DNA of 63,318 bases, counting the filler, from an uncultured virus (IMG/VR IMGVR_UViG_2061766007_002030) (Duplodnaviria; Heunggongvirae; Uroviricota; Caudoviricetes). It is 5 parts of one record of this genome, joined end to end, with 100 filler letters (N's around TTAATTAATTAA, not from the genome) between each part and the next. Parts side by side here need not be neighbours in the genome. Positions count along the whole stretch, not along the records: positions 1 to 571 come from IMGVR_UViG_2061766007_002030; positions 672 to 11,532 come from IMGVR_UViG_2061766007_002030; 3 more parts are not named here. One strand, written 5' to 3'. Each line of letters begins with the position of its first letter. Position 1 is the stretch's first letter. This document shows positions 1-10,645 of this stretch, piece after piece. The position numbers were made by a program, and so were the translations under genes. The notes under the pieces were generated by a model, which saw only the letters and a program-made list of their open reading frames with translations, was not told the DNA's origin and ran no database searches.

Positions 1-172
1 GAGTATAACGTGAAGTTCTATCACGCTGTACAAGTCTCCGACTCGACGCAGTTTAATTACGCTTTCAAAACCAATGCTGGCCACATGCTGGCATACGGAA
101 CNNNNNNNNNNAACGACCTCTATGACGTCATCAAGGCGACGCTGGAGAACGCTGTCATCGAANNNNNNNNNN

Positions 173-533
173 GCGTAATGTTTATCCGTGCCGCCGGATT
201 CGACGTCCCGATTCCGACAGCAACGAAGCTGGTCTGTACGAAATCATCGACGACGACACCTTCTTTGCCGAAATGTATCCGAAGTTCGAACAAGTTGCAA
301 AGACCATCGACAAGGATACTGCACGAAAGATTATGGACATGCTGTTCATTGAAAAGTCCTTTGAAGACATCTTGAAGGAATTTCCGACGGTCAACCAGGA
401 AGAACTTGAGATGTACGACTGGACTTACGTTCGTGGCAGCAGTGAAACCGTGAATTTCTGCGAATCGTATGTCGAAGGTCAAATTTCGGCTGGTAACGGA
501 AAGTTTGCCGTACTCATTTCGATGAGTTGCTAA
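173..533 (+). CDS. Hypothetical protein, C-terminal fragment
   Basis: Open frame from the gap to TAA at 533 (includes track ORF 273..533); no recognisable motif. Confidence 0.5.
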
Positions 534-615
534 ATAAACTGATTGTTGCTATCTTTATAGGCAATCAATCGNNNNNNNNNNNNNNNNNNNNNNNNNNNNN
601 NNNNNNNNNNNNNNN

Positions 616-627
616 TTAATTAATTAA
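616..627. other. Artificial scaffold linker TTAATTAATTAA (stops in all six frames) within Ns
   Basis: Identical 12-mer embedded in N runs at 616, 11577, 40010 and 51251. Confidence 0.95.
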
Positions 628-720
628 NNNNNNNNNNNNNNNNNNNNNNNNNNNNNNNNNNNNNNNNNNNNAGGGCCTCAGAAGGAGGATGAGTAGATGG
701 GTAGTGAAGTTTAAATTTTC

Positions 721-793
721 GCCGGATTAGCTCAATCGGTAGAGCAACTGATTTGTAATCAGTAGGTTATTGGTTCAAGTCCGATATTCGGCT
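721..793 (+). tRNA. tRNA-Thr(UGU)
   Basis: Acceptor GCCGGAT/ATTCGGC; anticodon arm ACTGA-TTTGTAA-TCAGT; GGTTCAAGTCC T arm; no encoded CCA. Confidence 0.95.
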
Positions 794-799
794 TATCGT

Positions 800-1152
800 G
801 GTTAGCGCCATGACCGCAAATATGGCGTGAATCATAGCTGGCCTGGGGACGGGTGTGACTGATCCGTCGGACAAGTAGACAATGTCTCTTAATAGTGCAT
901 TGCCGAAAAATCAGTTCCGCCATGGGGGACTGCCGAACTTAGTCGAGTGAGGCATAGTCCATGGGGAAAACGGTTGGCGAGTGACCGGACGAGTCATTGC
1001 GGTGGTGAGTCTGGAAGGTGCTACGAGAGGCGAGTCCCTTATGATGTAGGTACTGCTAGGGGATGAGCTGGATTACAACCAGGTACAGCCATGTGGTGAG
1101 GTGGGCTGAGGCACTGATTCATGTGGTAAGAAACTTATATTCGACCTCAGCA
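800..1152 (+). ncRNA. Candidate large structured ncRNA between tRNAs
   Basis: No ORF; multiple hairpins, long-range pairing and two possible pseudoknots (see findings). Confidence 0.6.
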
Positions 1153-1157
1153 TTTAT

Positions 1158-1229
1158 GCCACTATAGAATAACGGTTAGTTCACCGGATTCTCAATCCGT
1201 TCATTCCAGTTCGATTCTGGATAGTGGTA
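1158..1229 (+). tRNA. tRNA-Glu(CUC), variant A
   Basis: Acceptor GCCACTA/TAGTGGT; anticodon arm CGGA-TTCTCAA-TCCG; T arm CCAG-TTCGATT-CTGG. Confidence 0.85.
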
Positions 1230-1288
1230 CTACACAGATCAAAAGGTTGAAGAATGAAAGAGAAGAAGGAATTTGTTNNNNNNNNNNC

Positions 1289-1361
1289 GGCTCCTTCGTC
1301 TAGTGGCCTAGGACATAGCCCTCTCAAGGCTAGAACAGCGATTCGAATTCGCTAGGAGCTA
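1289..1361 (+). tRNA. tRNA-Glu(CUC), variant B
   Basis: Acceptor GGCTCCT/AGGAGCT; anticodon arm TAGCC-CTCTCAA-GGCTA; TTCGAAT T loop. Confidence 0.92.
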
Positions 1362-1385
1362 CTACACAGATCAAAAGGTTGAAGA

Positions 1386-1568
1386 ATGAAAGAGAAGAAG
1401 GAATTTGTTGAAGAAACGATGGAGCAGAAGCAAGCTCGCTGGGAGAAGCAGAGCAAGTCTGCCAAGTCGTTTGCCAAGCAGTGTGGCGTGAACTTGAAGA
1501 AGATTGCCAAGGAACGTAACCGCATCGCCGCCGAGAAGCGTGCAATGTCGAGCCCTCGTTTCTACTAG
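1386..1568 (+). CDS. Small basic hypothetical protein
   Basis: 60-aa ORF between tRNAs; its start is repeated after the variant A tRNA. Confidence 0.55.
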   Translation: MKEKKEFVEETMEQKQARWEKQSKSAKSFAKQCGVNLKKIAKERNRIAAEKRAMSSPRFY

Positions 1569-1575
1569 CAAGAAT

Positions 1576-1668
1576 GGAAGTATGCGTGAGTGGTTAAAAA
1601 CGGGCGGTCTTGAAAACCGCTGTCTCGGTAACCAATCCGGGCCGGGGGTTCGAATCCCTCTACTTCCT
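1576..1668 (+). tRNA. tRNA-Ser(UGA)
   Basis: Acceptor GGAAGTA/TACTTCC; GCGGT-CTTGAAA-ACCGC anticodon arm; long variable arm; GGTTCGAATCC. Confidence 0.95.
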
Positions 1669-1724
1669 TTATAGAATCATCCGATAAGTCGATCTTCGAT
1701 CCTCCTTATTTGTGGTTAAAGTAG

Positions 1725-1756
1725 GCAGCCACCGAGAAATCGGTGGCTGTTTTTGT
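1725..1756 (+). terminator. Intrinsic terminator after the tRNA cluster
   Basis: GCAGCCACCGA-GAAA-TCGGTGGCTGT followed by a T run; related hairpin at 1832-1860. Confidence 0.7.
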
Positions 1757-1861
1757 TGACAGTNNNNNNNNNNNNNNNNNNNNNNNNNNNNNNNNNNNNN
1801 NNNGAAAGACTCCATGTTATTATTTGTCAGGATGGCCACCGAGCAATCGGTGGCCATTTTG

Positions 1862-1890
1862 TTTACAGCCAAATTATAAATTGCTATATT
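1862..1890 (+). promoter_or_regulatory. sigma70-type promoter
   Basis: TTTACA-17-TATATT preceded by TGC; same architecture recurs many times in the window. Confidence 0.7.
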
Positions 1891-1916
1891 TAGTCCATCC
1901 AACAAAGGAACTATCT

Positions 1917-3489
1917 ATGGAACATATCGAAGGTACTTATGTACTTCCTTATAACAAAATAGACACGGATATCGTGTTTACTCCAGCACATCGCATGGCT
2001 TCGTCAATATTTCTTGCTGGCCCGTGTCCACGTGAGAATTACGGTGAAGACTGGCGTTTCGAAGCTGCGGACATTCTACGTCGACTTGGCTTCAAGGGCA
2101 ATATCATTTCGCCAACGAACGACCAATTCATGACGATGCGCAGCAATTACGGGCTTGACATGCTTCGCCAGCAGACCGAATGGGAACGCTACATGATGCA
2201 CATGTGTTCGGCACTTGTATTCTGGGTACCTCGTTCCGAAAAGTGGCCAGCAATGACTACTAACGTAGAATACGGCGAATGGTACAAGAAGGAAGGCGTG
2301 TTCTTCGGTTATCCGGAAGGCGCAATCAAGAACGAATACCTTGAGCTGAAGCTTCAAGAACAGCACAAGACTGCATACCATACGCTTGAGGATATCCTCA
2401 AGGCGGCCATGGAGCATATCTACCGTCCGTCTGACACTTACTTTACTGCCGACACGCACTTCGGCCAGGAACGTACGCTGCAGCTTTCTCGCCGTCCGTT
2501 CGTCGACGTGGAAGAAATGGACTTGGAGATGATTTCCAACTGGAACAAGAAAATTCCGGAATCTGGCATCGTGTATCACGCCGGTGACTTGATTGACCCG
2601 GTGCAGCTTGATGACTTGTCTGTGTGGCTCAGTAATCTCAACTTTGCCGAGCTCCACTGGGTTCTTGGCAATTATGACCGTAAGCACAAGGATAAAATCA
2701 TCGAACTGGTGAAAACGATTGACCGTAAGATTTTCATCTACGATCTCGACAAGCCGTGCTATGTGACTCTCAAGAAGGAAGACGGCAAGGAAGTTAAGTT
2801 CCGTGTCATCCACGAACCAGCAGACTTCGAGTATCAAGACGATACAGATATCACCTATCTGTTCGGTCATATTCACGGACGTTCNNNNNNNNNNACCAAC
2901 GAACGACCAATTCATGATGATGCGCAGCAATTACGGTCTTGACATGCTTCGTCAGCAGACCGAATGGGNNNNNNNNNNCTTCGCCAAGAAAAACGGATTC
3001 GACATCGCTTGCGATTACAGCAACTATACTCCGCTGTCCAGCGAACAGGTGCTCTGGTTCAAGAATGCCATGCAGTACTGGGACAAGAACGTATACTGCG
3101 ACCGAGTCAACCGTGTTGCGGATACGTTCGAACACGAATTTGAAGCTACTGCACATTCGTATCACTGGCCTAAGCAAGCGATTGAAAGCTTCATGCGTCT
3201 CCCGGAAGAGAAACGCATCGCTACGATAGGAAAGAACGAAGCGGACTATCCTATTTGCTCAGTTGATTTGTCGACTGCTGTCGGTACGGTCAAGTCTATT
3301 AAAGACGGCAAGATTACAGTTGTTATCAATAAGGACTGGCCGCAAGGAAAGCTGGTTTCCGACATGCTTGACAAGAAAGTTCCGCTCAAGTATTGCTTGG
3401 CTGGTGCTGCAGACGTGTCGATGATCATTGAACGAGATATCAACGATCCGAGCGCTACGATTACTGAGGCGCAGCTCAAATACGAATAA
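1917..3489 (+). CDS. Nucleoside 2-deoxyribosyltransferase-like domain fused to calcineurin-like metallophosphoesterase (interrupted by a gap and a misplaced duplicate at 2885-2978)
   Basis: IFLAGP..W, QTEWE, FWVPR, TTNVEYG (NDT-like); TADTHFG, GD, LGNYD, FGHIHG (metallophosphoesterase). Confidence 0.8.
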
Positions 3490-3557
3490 TCTATGCGGCT
3501 TGCGAAAGCAAGCCGTTTTTGCTATATTTGCATTACACTGAAACAAGGTTTAATGAA

Positions 3558-4920
3558 ATGAAAGTTCTAAGCTTGTTTGACGGCATCGCATGTGGCCGTG
3601 AAGCACTTCGTCGCATGGGTATCGATGTGGAGCGCTATGTCGCATACGAGATCGAGCCTAGCGCCATTAAAATAGCCAAGAAGAATTTCCCTGACATCGA
3701 GGAACGAGGAGACGTGTTCAAGGCGGACTACACGGAATTCAAGGGATTCGACTTACTAATCGGTGGAAGCCCTTGTACGAATTGGTCAATAGCCAAGGCC
3801 GGTCACGGACGAGAAACGACTAACTCCGGAATTGGTTGGGAACTGTTCTCCCAGTACATCCGGGCATGGAAGGAATCCGGCGTCAAGTATTATCTGTACG
3901 AGAACAATGCATCCATGTCCAATGAAATCCGCAAAGCGATCTCGGAAGCGTTTGGACACGAACCGCTTGAAATCAATTCCGCATTGGTATCGGCGCAGAC
4001 CCGCAAGCGTCTGTACTGGACGAACATTCCGAAGGCGTGCGTGCCGCTAGACATGGGTATCAAGCTTTCCGATATTCTGGAACATGGTGTGGTAGACCGT
4101 GANNNNNNNNNNGTCGGCGCAGACTCGCAAGCGTCTGTACTGGACGAACATTCCGAAGGCATGCGTGCCGCTAGACATGGGCATCAAGCTTTCCGATATT
4201 CTGGAACATGGTGTGGTAGACCGTGACAAGTCATTGTGCTTGGCTCGTCGCTATGCTGGGTTCCAAGGTTCGCTGTCATATCTGTGCCGACGTTATTTCG
4301 GCAAGTCCATGGGGCAAGCCGCATTTGAATTGAACGGCGGTACAATCCAGGACTTGAAGGACTTGTACAAGTCTAACGACCGTTTCACCGATGACGAAGG
4401 CAAGGCTACTGGCTGCGTTATCCGCCCATTGACCGAGACCGAGTGCGAACGTCTGCAGACATTGCCGGACGGTTACACTGACGGTGCTGGATGCACTCGT
4501 GTGCAGCGCATTGAGGCGATCGGCAATGGATGGACGGTCAACGTAATAGTCCATCTTATGCAGGGCTTGCTTCAGGTCGATTATAGCCGTCTTGAGGAGC
4601 TTGCCGATCCAAAAGCGGAGCCGGGTTTTGTATATTCTAGTCATTCGATGCAGACGATTAGCACGCTGACGGATGAAGACTGCAAGCAGCTGTCCGACAT
4701 CTGTGAGATATGCGGCGAACCCATCGTGAATATCAAGAACGCAATTGCTGACTCGAAAGAACGGCTTCATCCGATCTGCTGGCATTGCGACGTGAGATTG
4801 CGTCTGGGTATTGCTCTACGTGACATGATGCGGATAGCCGGTGTCAACGACGTGGACGAGCTTATCAACTGGATCGATAACAACAGGAAATACCTTAACA
4901 AACCGGAGTTCATGCGATGA
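3558..4920 (+). CDS. DNA (cytosine-5)-methyltransferase with a C-terminal Cys/His extension; split by a gap with overlap
   Basis: MKVLSLFDG, GGSPC, YENN, QTRKRLYW, ECERLQTLPDGYT, GNGW motifs. Confidence 0.92.
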
Positions 4921-5903
4921 ATGACGAAATGCTTGACAAGGACGACAAGTACAGTCCGATACGATTCTCTCGTAACTACTTTGACGAACCTACCAAGGTT
5001 CAGCCTTACTGGATCAGCAAGGTATCCGTCAAGAACATGGTTGGCGTAGGACGACCGGTCGGTACTGCAGAAATCGATTTCCTTGGAAAGCCAGCGTTGA
5101 CTGCGCCGAACGGCTATGGGAAGACGCTGCTACTCAAGATCGTCAATGCCGTGATGGAACTTGTCAACGGCGAGGACCCGTTGTCATTGAACTCGCTGGT
5201 AAAGACTGTCGAGGAAGATGACTGGGACAGATACGTAAGGTATCATCATCTGTTTGACGAAGTCGTAATTGAGCTTGCCGACGGTCGTCAGTTCAAGCTG
5301 ATTACCGACGATGCGTCTACTGGTTCATACATCTTCGAGGTGGACGGAAACGTGTATCCGTTGCATGACGGACGGTTCGACGTGAATCCTCCGCAATTTA
5401 CCACTGCTGGAATCTATATGCTTCCGACCGGTAGGCTGACTTCTCCAGAACTGTATATCTATCAGCTGTTGGCTATGCTTGACGGAAATGTCGACTACGA
5501 CTTCATCAACAAGTGGTATAACATGATGATGCAAGGTATCGATCCAGACGAAACTCCGGCTAGTGCAGTGAAGCGGTATGCCGGGGCTCCGTTCGACAAG
5601 GATAAGTCGTACAAGGAAAACAGCAAGGCGATTTGCAAATGGATCGAGGAACGCATGCTGAGCCACGGAGAGCTGGAGCTGTTCATGCAGCTGTTGGCTA
5701 TGTCCAGCGGTTGCAAGGTGGTGCTGATCGACTCTGCGGAGATCGGCTTGCATCCTGGGGTTCAAGTATGCTACATGCACTTGCTGTCGTCCCTATACCA
5801 GAAGGGCGTCCAGGTGCTGTTCTCGACGCATTCTCCTACGACATTCGACTTGAATTTCTCCTATTCGAACGACTTGTTCGATCTGTTTGACCAGAAAGAA
5901 TAG
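4917..5903 (+). CDS. ABC-type (AAA_21-like) P-loop ATPase
   Basis: Walker A APNGYGKT; LSHGE signature; VVLIDSAE..LHP; STHSP. Confidence 0.8.
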   Translation: MNDEMLDKDDKYSPIRFSRNYFDEPTKVQPYWISKVSVKNMVGVGRPVGTAEIDFLGKPALTAPNGYGKTLLLKIVNAVMELVNGEDPLSLNSLVKTVEEDDWDRYVRYHHLFDEVVIELADGRQFKLITDDASTGSYIFEVDGNVYPLHDGRFDVNPPQFTTAGIYMLPTGRLTSPELYIYQLLAMLDGNVDYDFINKWYNMMMQGIDPDETPASAVKRYAGAPFDKDKSYKENSKAICKWIEERMLSHGELELFMQLLAMSSGCKVVLIDSAEIGLHPGVQVCYMHLLSSLYQKGVQVLFSTHSPTTFDLNFSYSNDLFDLFDQKE

Positions 5904-6001
5904 ATAAGTTTGCAGAAGACGAGCTGCATGATGGCGCAAGGCTTAACGGCTTTGCGCCATTGTTATAAACTATGGTAGAAATTATTAGCAAGGGTACCAA
6001 A

Positions 6002-6850
6002 ATGCTAAATCAAAAAGAATTGTTTAATAAAGCCATGGGTCGTCTGCTCACTCTGTATAAGGACAGCCCAGCACAGCTCGAAGCCATCCAGAATACCGCC
6101 ACGGTCGTATCCGCATTGATGGAAGAGACTATCACGAATACCGCTGCATATACGAAAACGCCGGAATTGAATCTGTTTTCGGACAAACGTCCCCAGGCTG
6201 GAACTGGTACAATGTCGAATAAGCCTTCCGAGAAGGAAGCCCCGGTGGAAATCAGTGCCGAGCAGCTGAATACTGTCAAGGAATTGATGATGAAGTGGGT
6301 TAAGGCTGATCCGGTTGCCTTTAAGCAGTTCTTGACGAAGGAACTAGAACCGGCTTTGAAGGAAGTCATTGAGAAGCGCTATGCTGGCGCTGTTGATGAT
6401 CCGAATAAGACCTTTGAGGACGAAGTATCTGGCAAGCTCGATGAACGCATTGACGACAAGAAATCTAAGGAAGATGCTAAGGAAGAGAAGAAGGCTGAAC
6501 ATATCGCCAAGGCCGAAGAGTATGAAAAGAAGAACGAAGACATGGATAAGGCCAAGGAAGCCGAGAAAGCCCAGTATTCGTCCTTGTCTAAAAATACTGG
6601 CGGCTTGCTGTCTGACGAAGAATACGAAAAGGCTCTGAACAAGAAGTCGATGGCCGATAATGTCAAGGAAAAGGCTGGCAAGTTCAAGAACTGGCTTGCA
6701 AGCAAGGCTCACCGTCTGAAAGCTAAGTTGACCGAAGCCGTGGAAAGCAAGGACGCAGCCAAGCTGGAAGCCGTGCGTGCCGAAATGCTTGAATTCAAGT
6801 CCTTGTGCGAAGCCGCTGGCTACAGTGTCGATGAAGTCTTGATGGGCTAA
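6002..6850 (+). CDS. Hypothetical protein (possible late/virion protein)
   Basis: Intact ORF; ATAAACT upstream at 5965; LEAI/LEAV motifs. Confidence 0.75.
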   Translation: MLNQKELFNKAMGRLLTLYKDSPAQLEAIQNTATVVSALMEETITNTAAYTKTPELNLFSDKRPQAGTGTMSNKPSEKEAPVEISAEQLNTVKELMMKWVKADPVAFKQFLTKELEPALKEVIEKRYAGAVDDPNKTFEDEVSGKLDERIDDKKSKEDAKEEKKAEHIAKAEEYEKKNEDMDKAKEAEKAQYSSLSKNTGGLLSDEEYEKALNKKSMADNVKEKAGKFKNWLASKAHRLKAKLTEAVESKDAAKLEAVRAEMLEFKSLCEAAGYSVDEVLMG

Positions 6851-6870
6851 TTCGTCTAAATTTGATGATT

Positions 6871-6902
6871 AGAAGGTTCGGTTAATGCCGAACCTTCTTT
6901 TT
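6871..6902 (+). terminator. Intrinsic terminator
   Basis: AGAAGGTTCGG-TTAATG-CCGAACCTTCT followed by TTTT. Confidence 0.8.
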
Positions 6903-6938
6903 GTTTACTAAAATTTACATAAAAATTAACACTAGGTA

Positions 6939-6967
6939 TTGACAAACAATACCGAAAGAAGTATATT
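6939..6967 (+). promoter_or_regulatory. sigma70-type promoter
   Basis: TTGACA-17-TATATT; GAGG RBS before the ATG at 6988. Confidence 0.85.
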
Positions 6968-6987
6968 TGTGAAAAACGAGGTAGATT

Positions 6988-7237
6988 ATGTACAAGAATT
7001 TATTCAAACGCCGTTGGATCTGTCAAGAAGCCGTTAACTACTTGATGTCCTTGCCCAAGATGTACCGTGTGTATTACATGGTTCAGTCTGGAAACGATCT
7101 CCACAAGCTTCTGATCCGTGACGAGGACTGCGTCCAGTCCGCCATTCTGGACTGGAAGGACTCCAATGTTGTCTGCATCGGTGTCCAGTACCAGGAAGAC
7201 GGTTTCAGCGAATACTATCACGTCAACGGATATATCG
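6988..7237 (+). CDS. Hypothetical protein (truncated by gap)
   Basis: Promoter, RBS and open frame up to the gap. Confidence 0.6.
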
Positions 7238-7509
7238 NNNNNNNNNNATCCAGGTGCTGTTCTCGACGCATTCTCCGACGACATTCGACTTGAATTTCTC
7301 ATATTCGAACGATTTGTTCGAGCTGTTCGACCAGAAAGAATAGATACGTTTGCAGAAGACGAGCTGCATGATGGCGCAAGGCTTAACTGCTTTGCGCCAT
7401 TGTTATAAACTATGGTAGAAATTATTAGCAAGGGTACCNNNNNNNNNNTGATGTGTCTCGCATGAAGGAGACCTTCGACAAGTTCATTGCCAAGTATACN
7501 NNNNNNNNN

Positions 7510-7868
7510 GCTCGTCCGACGTGTCTCGCATGAAGGAAACCTTCGGCAAGTTCATTGCCAAGTACACCGCTACCAATAGCGCACTGGACATGAAGTCGCT
7601 CTACGCAATGCAGCACCAGCTCCGTACCGAAATCGAGCGTGTCTGCGGCGTACCGTGTGCATATGACGGCAAGGATATTATCTACAACCTTACTGGTATT
7701 TCTCAGGAAGGCAAGGAACGTGTTCTCGACATGGTTCGCCGTTTCAACAAGGACTGCGTCGAAGTTGCCATGCTGATCACGATCGCTGGATCTACTGACG
7801 AACGTATCGGTTCTACATTGGATGAACTGGCCATGTACGAAGTTGGCGTAGAAGGCTCTGTAGAATAA
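7510..7868 (+). CDS. Hypothetical protein, C-terminal part
   Basis: Open frame with typical codon usage. Confidence 0.6.
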
Positions 7869-7930
7869 TGTTGCCAAATCACGTGGATTTTCCTATATTT
7901 CTATTACAAACGGAAATAGAGGAAAATCCC

Positions 7931-8182
7931 ATGAGTAATTTGGATTGCATCAACATCTTGAAGAAGATCCGCCAGCGTGCCGTTGGCTCAACAGTCACCC
8001 AGTTAATAGACTACATCGATGGTCAGATCGACGTTCTCCAGACGATGGATTCGACTCCGATCAACGCAATTCCCGGTCACGACAACTTAATACCTCGTGG
8101 CTATACGGAAACTGGAAGCACCACAGCAACGATTACGCCAGCCGCCCAGCCACCACGCTTCCGTGGTGCAGATATGGACTAG
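7931..8182 (+). CDS. Hypothetical protein
   Basis: TTGCCA-17-TATATT promoter and GAGG RBS upstream. Confidence 0.6.
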   Translation: MSNLDCINILKKIRQRAVGSTVTQLIDYIDGQIDVLQTMDSTPINAIPGHDNLIPRGYTETGSTTATITPAAQPPRFRGADMD

Positions 8183-8306
8183 GAGGCGGCTATGCAGCAC
8201 GCTGCATTACTATCTAGCTCCTTAATAATCTTATAACATAATCAACTCGGTTGACCGGGCGTACTTGGCGGTACGTCCGGTTTTCGACGTTATACAAGGA
8301 GGCATT

Positions 8307-8754
8307 ATGGCCTTAATAGACGAATTCCCCCAGCTATCCTTGTTTACTATCAGAAAGCAAATAGCAGACAAGGCAAAGTGCAAGACCCAAGACGCAATAC
8401 CGGCGGCAAAGTTGTACCGACGAAAATTGGGCGCTCTTGGAAAGACTCCGGCTGACAAAATAAAGGCTGCCTTACTAGCCACACGGCTGAAGGAAGACGT
8501 ATCTGCGGTCGACTTACTAACAGGATTAATAGATGTCTGGTGGAATGAAATAAAGGCCGCTATCGAGCCGTACGACCGTGCAGCTCACGAGACTCATCCA
8601 AGGTCACTGCCGATTCGTCGCAAGTACCGCAAGGCGAAGGAATACTGGTCGAAGTACAAGTTCTCCAAGCGTGCGGAGTTTGACGCAGTGCTGCAGAAAT
8701 ACACGTGCAAGGATGTCAACTTTCCGTACCTCACCGTAGTCGGTTCTCTGTTCG
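8307..8754 (+). CDS. Hypothetical basic protein (truncated by gap)
   Basis: GGAGG RBS; open frame up to the gap. Confidence 0.6.
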
Positions 8755-9274
8755 NNNNNNNNNNNNNNNNNNNNNNNNNNNNNNNNNNNNNNNNNNNNNN
8801 NNNNNNNNNNNNNNNNNNNNNNNNNNNNNNNNNNNNNNNNNNNNNNNNNNNNNNNNNNNNNNNNNNNNNNNNNNNNNNNNNNNNNNNNNNNNNNNNNNNN
8901 NNNNNNNNNNNNNNNNNNNNNNNNNNNNNNNNNNNNNNNNNNNNNNNNNNNNNNNNNNNNNNNNNNNNNNNNNNNNNNNNNNNNNNNNNNNNNNNNNNNN
9001 NNNNNNNNNNNNNNNNNNNNNNNNNNNNNNNNNNNNNNNNNNNNNNNNNNNNNNNNNNNNNNNNNNNNNNNNNNNNNNNNNNNNNNNNNNNNNNNNNNNN
9101 NNNNNNNNNNNNNNNNNNNNNNNNNNNNNNNNNNNNNNNNNNNNNNNNNNNNNNNNNNNNNNNNNNNNNNNNNNNNNNNNNNNNNNNNNNNNNNNNNNNN
9201 NNNNNNNNNNNNNNNNNNNNNNNNNNNNNNNNNNNNNNNNNNNNNNNNNNNNNNNNNNNNNNNNNNNNNNNNNT

Positions 9275-10118
9275 GGACAAGTCGTCATGACCATTGACGA
9301 CAATACGCTTGATGTTGTTGACATACAGTTCTACGGTTACACGCATACAAAATGTTATGCGATCGACGAGGGCAATGTACATATAACATATCTGGGAAGT
9401 TATGACTCTTGTCGTAACCGCTGTATTCCGGATCGCCAGGAACAGACGTTCGGTATTATCAAAAGCCATCTGGACGGCGTATCGTTTGTCGGCATGGAAG
9501 ACTATGCGACTTCAAAGGCCAAGAAGGAAAGCGGCAGCATCTTGCAGATCGCCGAGTTCTGTGGCGGAATCCGTTACATGATGTACACTATGGGAATAGG
9601 CATCATCAATTTCGGTATCGGTCAGATCAAACGGTTTGCTACTGGAAACGGTGATGCCGGGAAGCCGGATATGTGCTTGTCTTTCTTGCACGAATATCCG
9701 AATCTATATCCNNNNNNNNNNGATGGGAATAGGCATCATCAATTTCGGTATCGGTCAGATCAAAAGGTTTGCTACTGGAAACGGTGACGCCGGGAAGCCG
9801 GATATGTGCTTGTCTTTCTTGCACGAATATCCGAATCTATATCCGTCCGACATCTTCGCAAAGCTGAAGGAGTTCGAGTCGCCGCACAACGACTTGTGCG
9901 ATGCGTTCTGGATGTGCGAGATCCTCCGCAGTTGCATGAAGCTGGAGAAGTTCGGCCCTGAATCGCTTGACGCTACCAAGTATGCGTTCTTGACTACGAC
10001 GGTGACAAGGGGCGCTCTGTCGCTCGCAGAATCTCCGTTGATGAAGAAGGGCGTCCCGTACGAACCAGTCAGAAAGAAAAAGAAATCCAAAAAGAAAAAG
10101 GAAACGAACAATGACTAA
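9275..10118 (+). CDS. RuvC-like Holliday junction resolvase (N-terminus in gap)
   Basis: MEDYA, IAEFCG, QIKRFATGNGDAGK and DLCDAFW match phage RuvC acidic motifs. Confidence 0.75.
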
Positions 10119-10509
10119 AGCAGAAGAATTCAAGCAGAAGGCTGCTATCGCTCGCAGCAAGACTCCGGCCACGCTCAAGTACGAGGCTTTGCTGGAAGAC
10201 ATCGACCAGGCGGCCAAGGCTGGCATGGTTGCCCTTCCTCAGACCAAGTATACGGTGGAAGGTCTCCAGTATACACGTGGCATGATGGGCGGTGCCATGC
10301 TGGACTACAATAAGCTCTACGACGAACAGGAAGAAATCTACGACCTTCTCCGCAAGGACGGCTTCGATGTTCGTATTACCGATCCGGAACTTCCTTCGAC
10401 TCTGGACATCAACTTGACTCCGGAAGCTCGTGAGAGAATCGAGATGACCAAGCGTTGCATCGAAAAGCAAGTGCTCATCGTCTGGGATCCGGAAGAATTC
10501 GACAAGTAA
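10111..10509 (+). CDS. Hypothetical protein
   Basis: Overlapping start with AGGA RBS; terminator-like hairpin follows at ~10529-10558. Confidence 0.7.
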   Translation: MTKAEEFKQKAAIARSKTPATLKYEALLEDIDQAAKAGMVALPQTKYTVEGLQYTRGMMGGAMLDYNKLYDEQEEIYDLLRKDGFDVRITDPELPSTLDINLTPEARERIEMTKRCIEKQVLIVWDPEEFDK

Positions 10510-10645
10510 TGTAAAGTAACTTTTACAAGAAAATCCAGCATTTCTTGCTGGATTTTTTCGTTTGTCAAATTATGACATCTGAATTAAACTAGATTTGTCT
10601 TTACAAAAATCCCAATAATTACTATAATTATCCAAGAGGTTAAAC

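Noticed and set aside
1..162. 121-aa ORF at the window start, and possible terminal repeats
   Set aside because: A chimera of fragments also found at ~42337 and ~62787, joined by Ns
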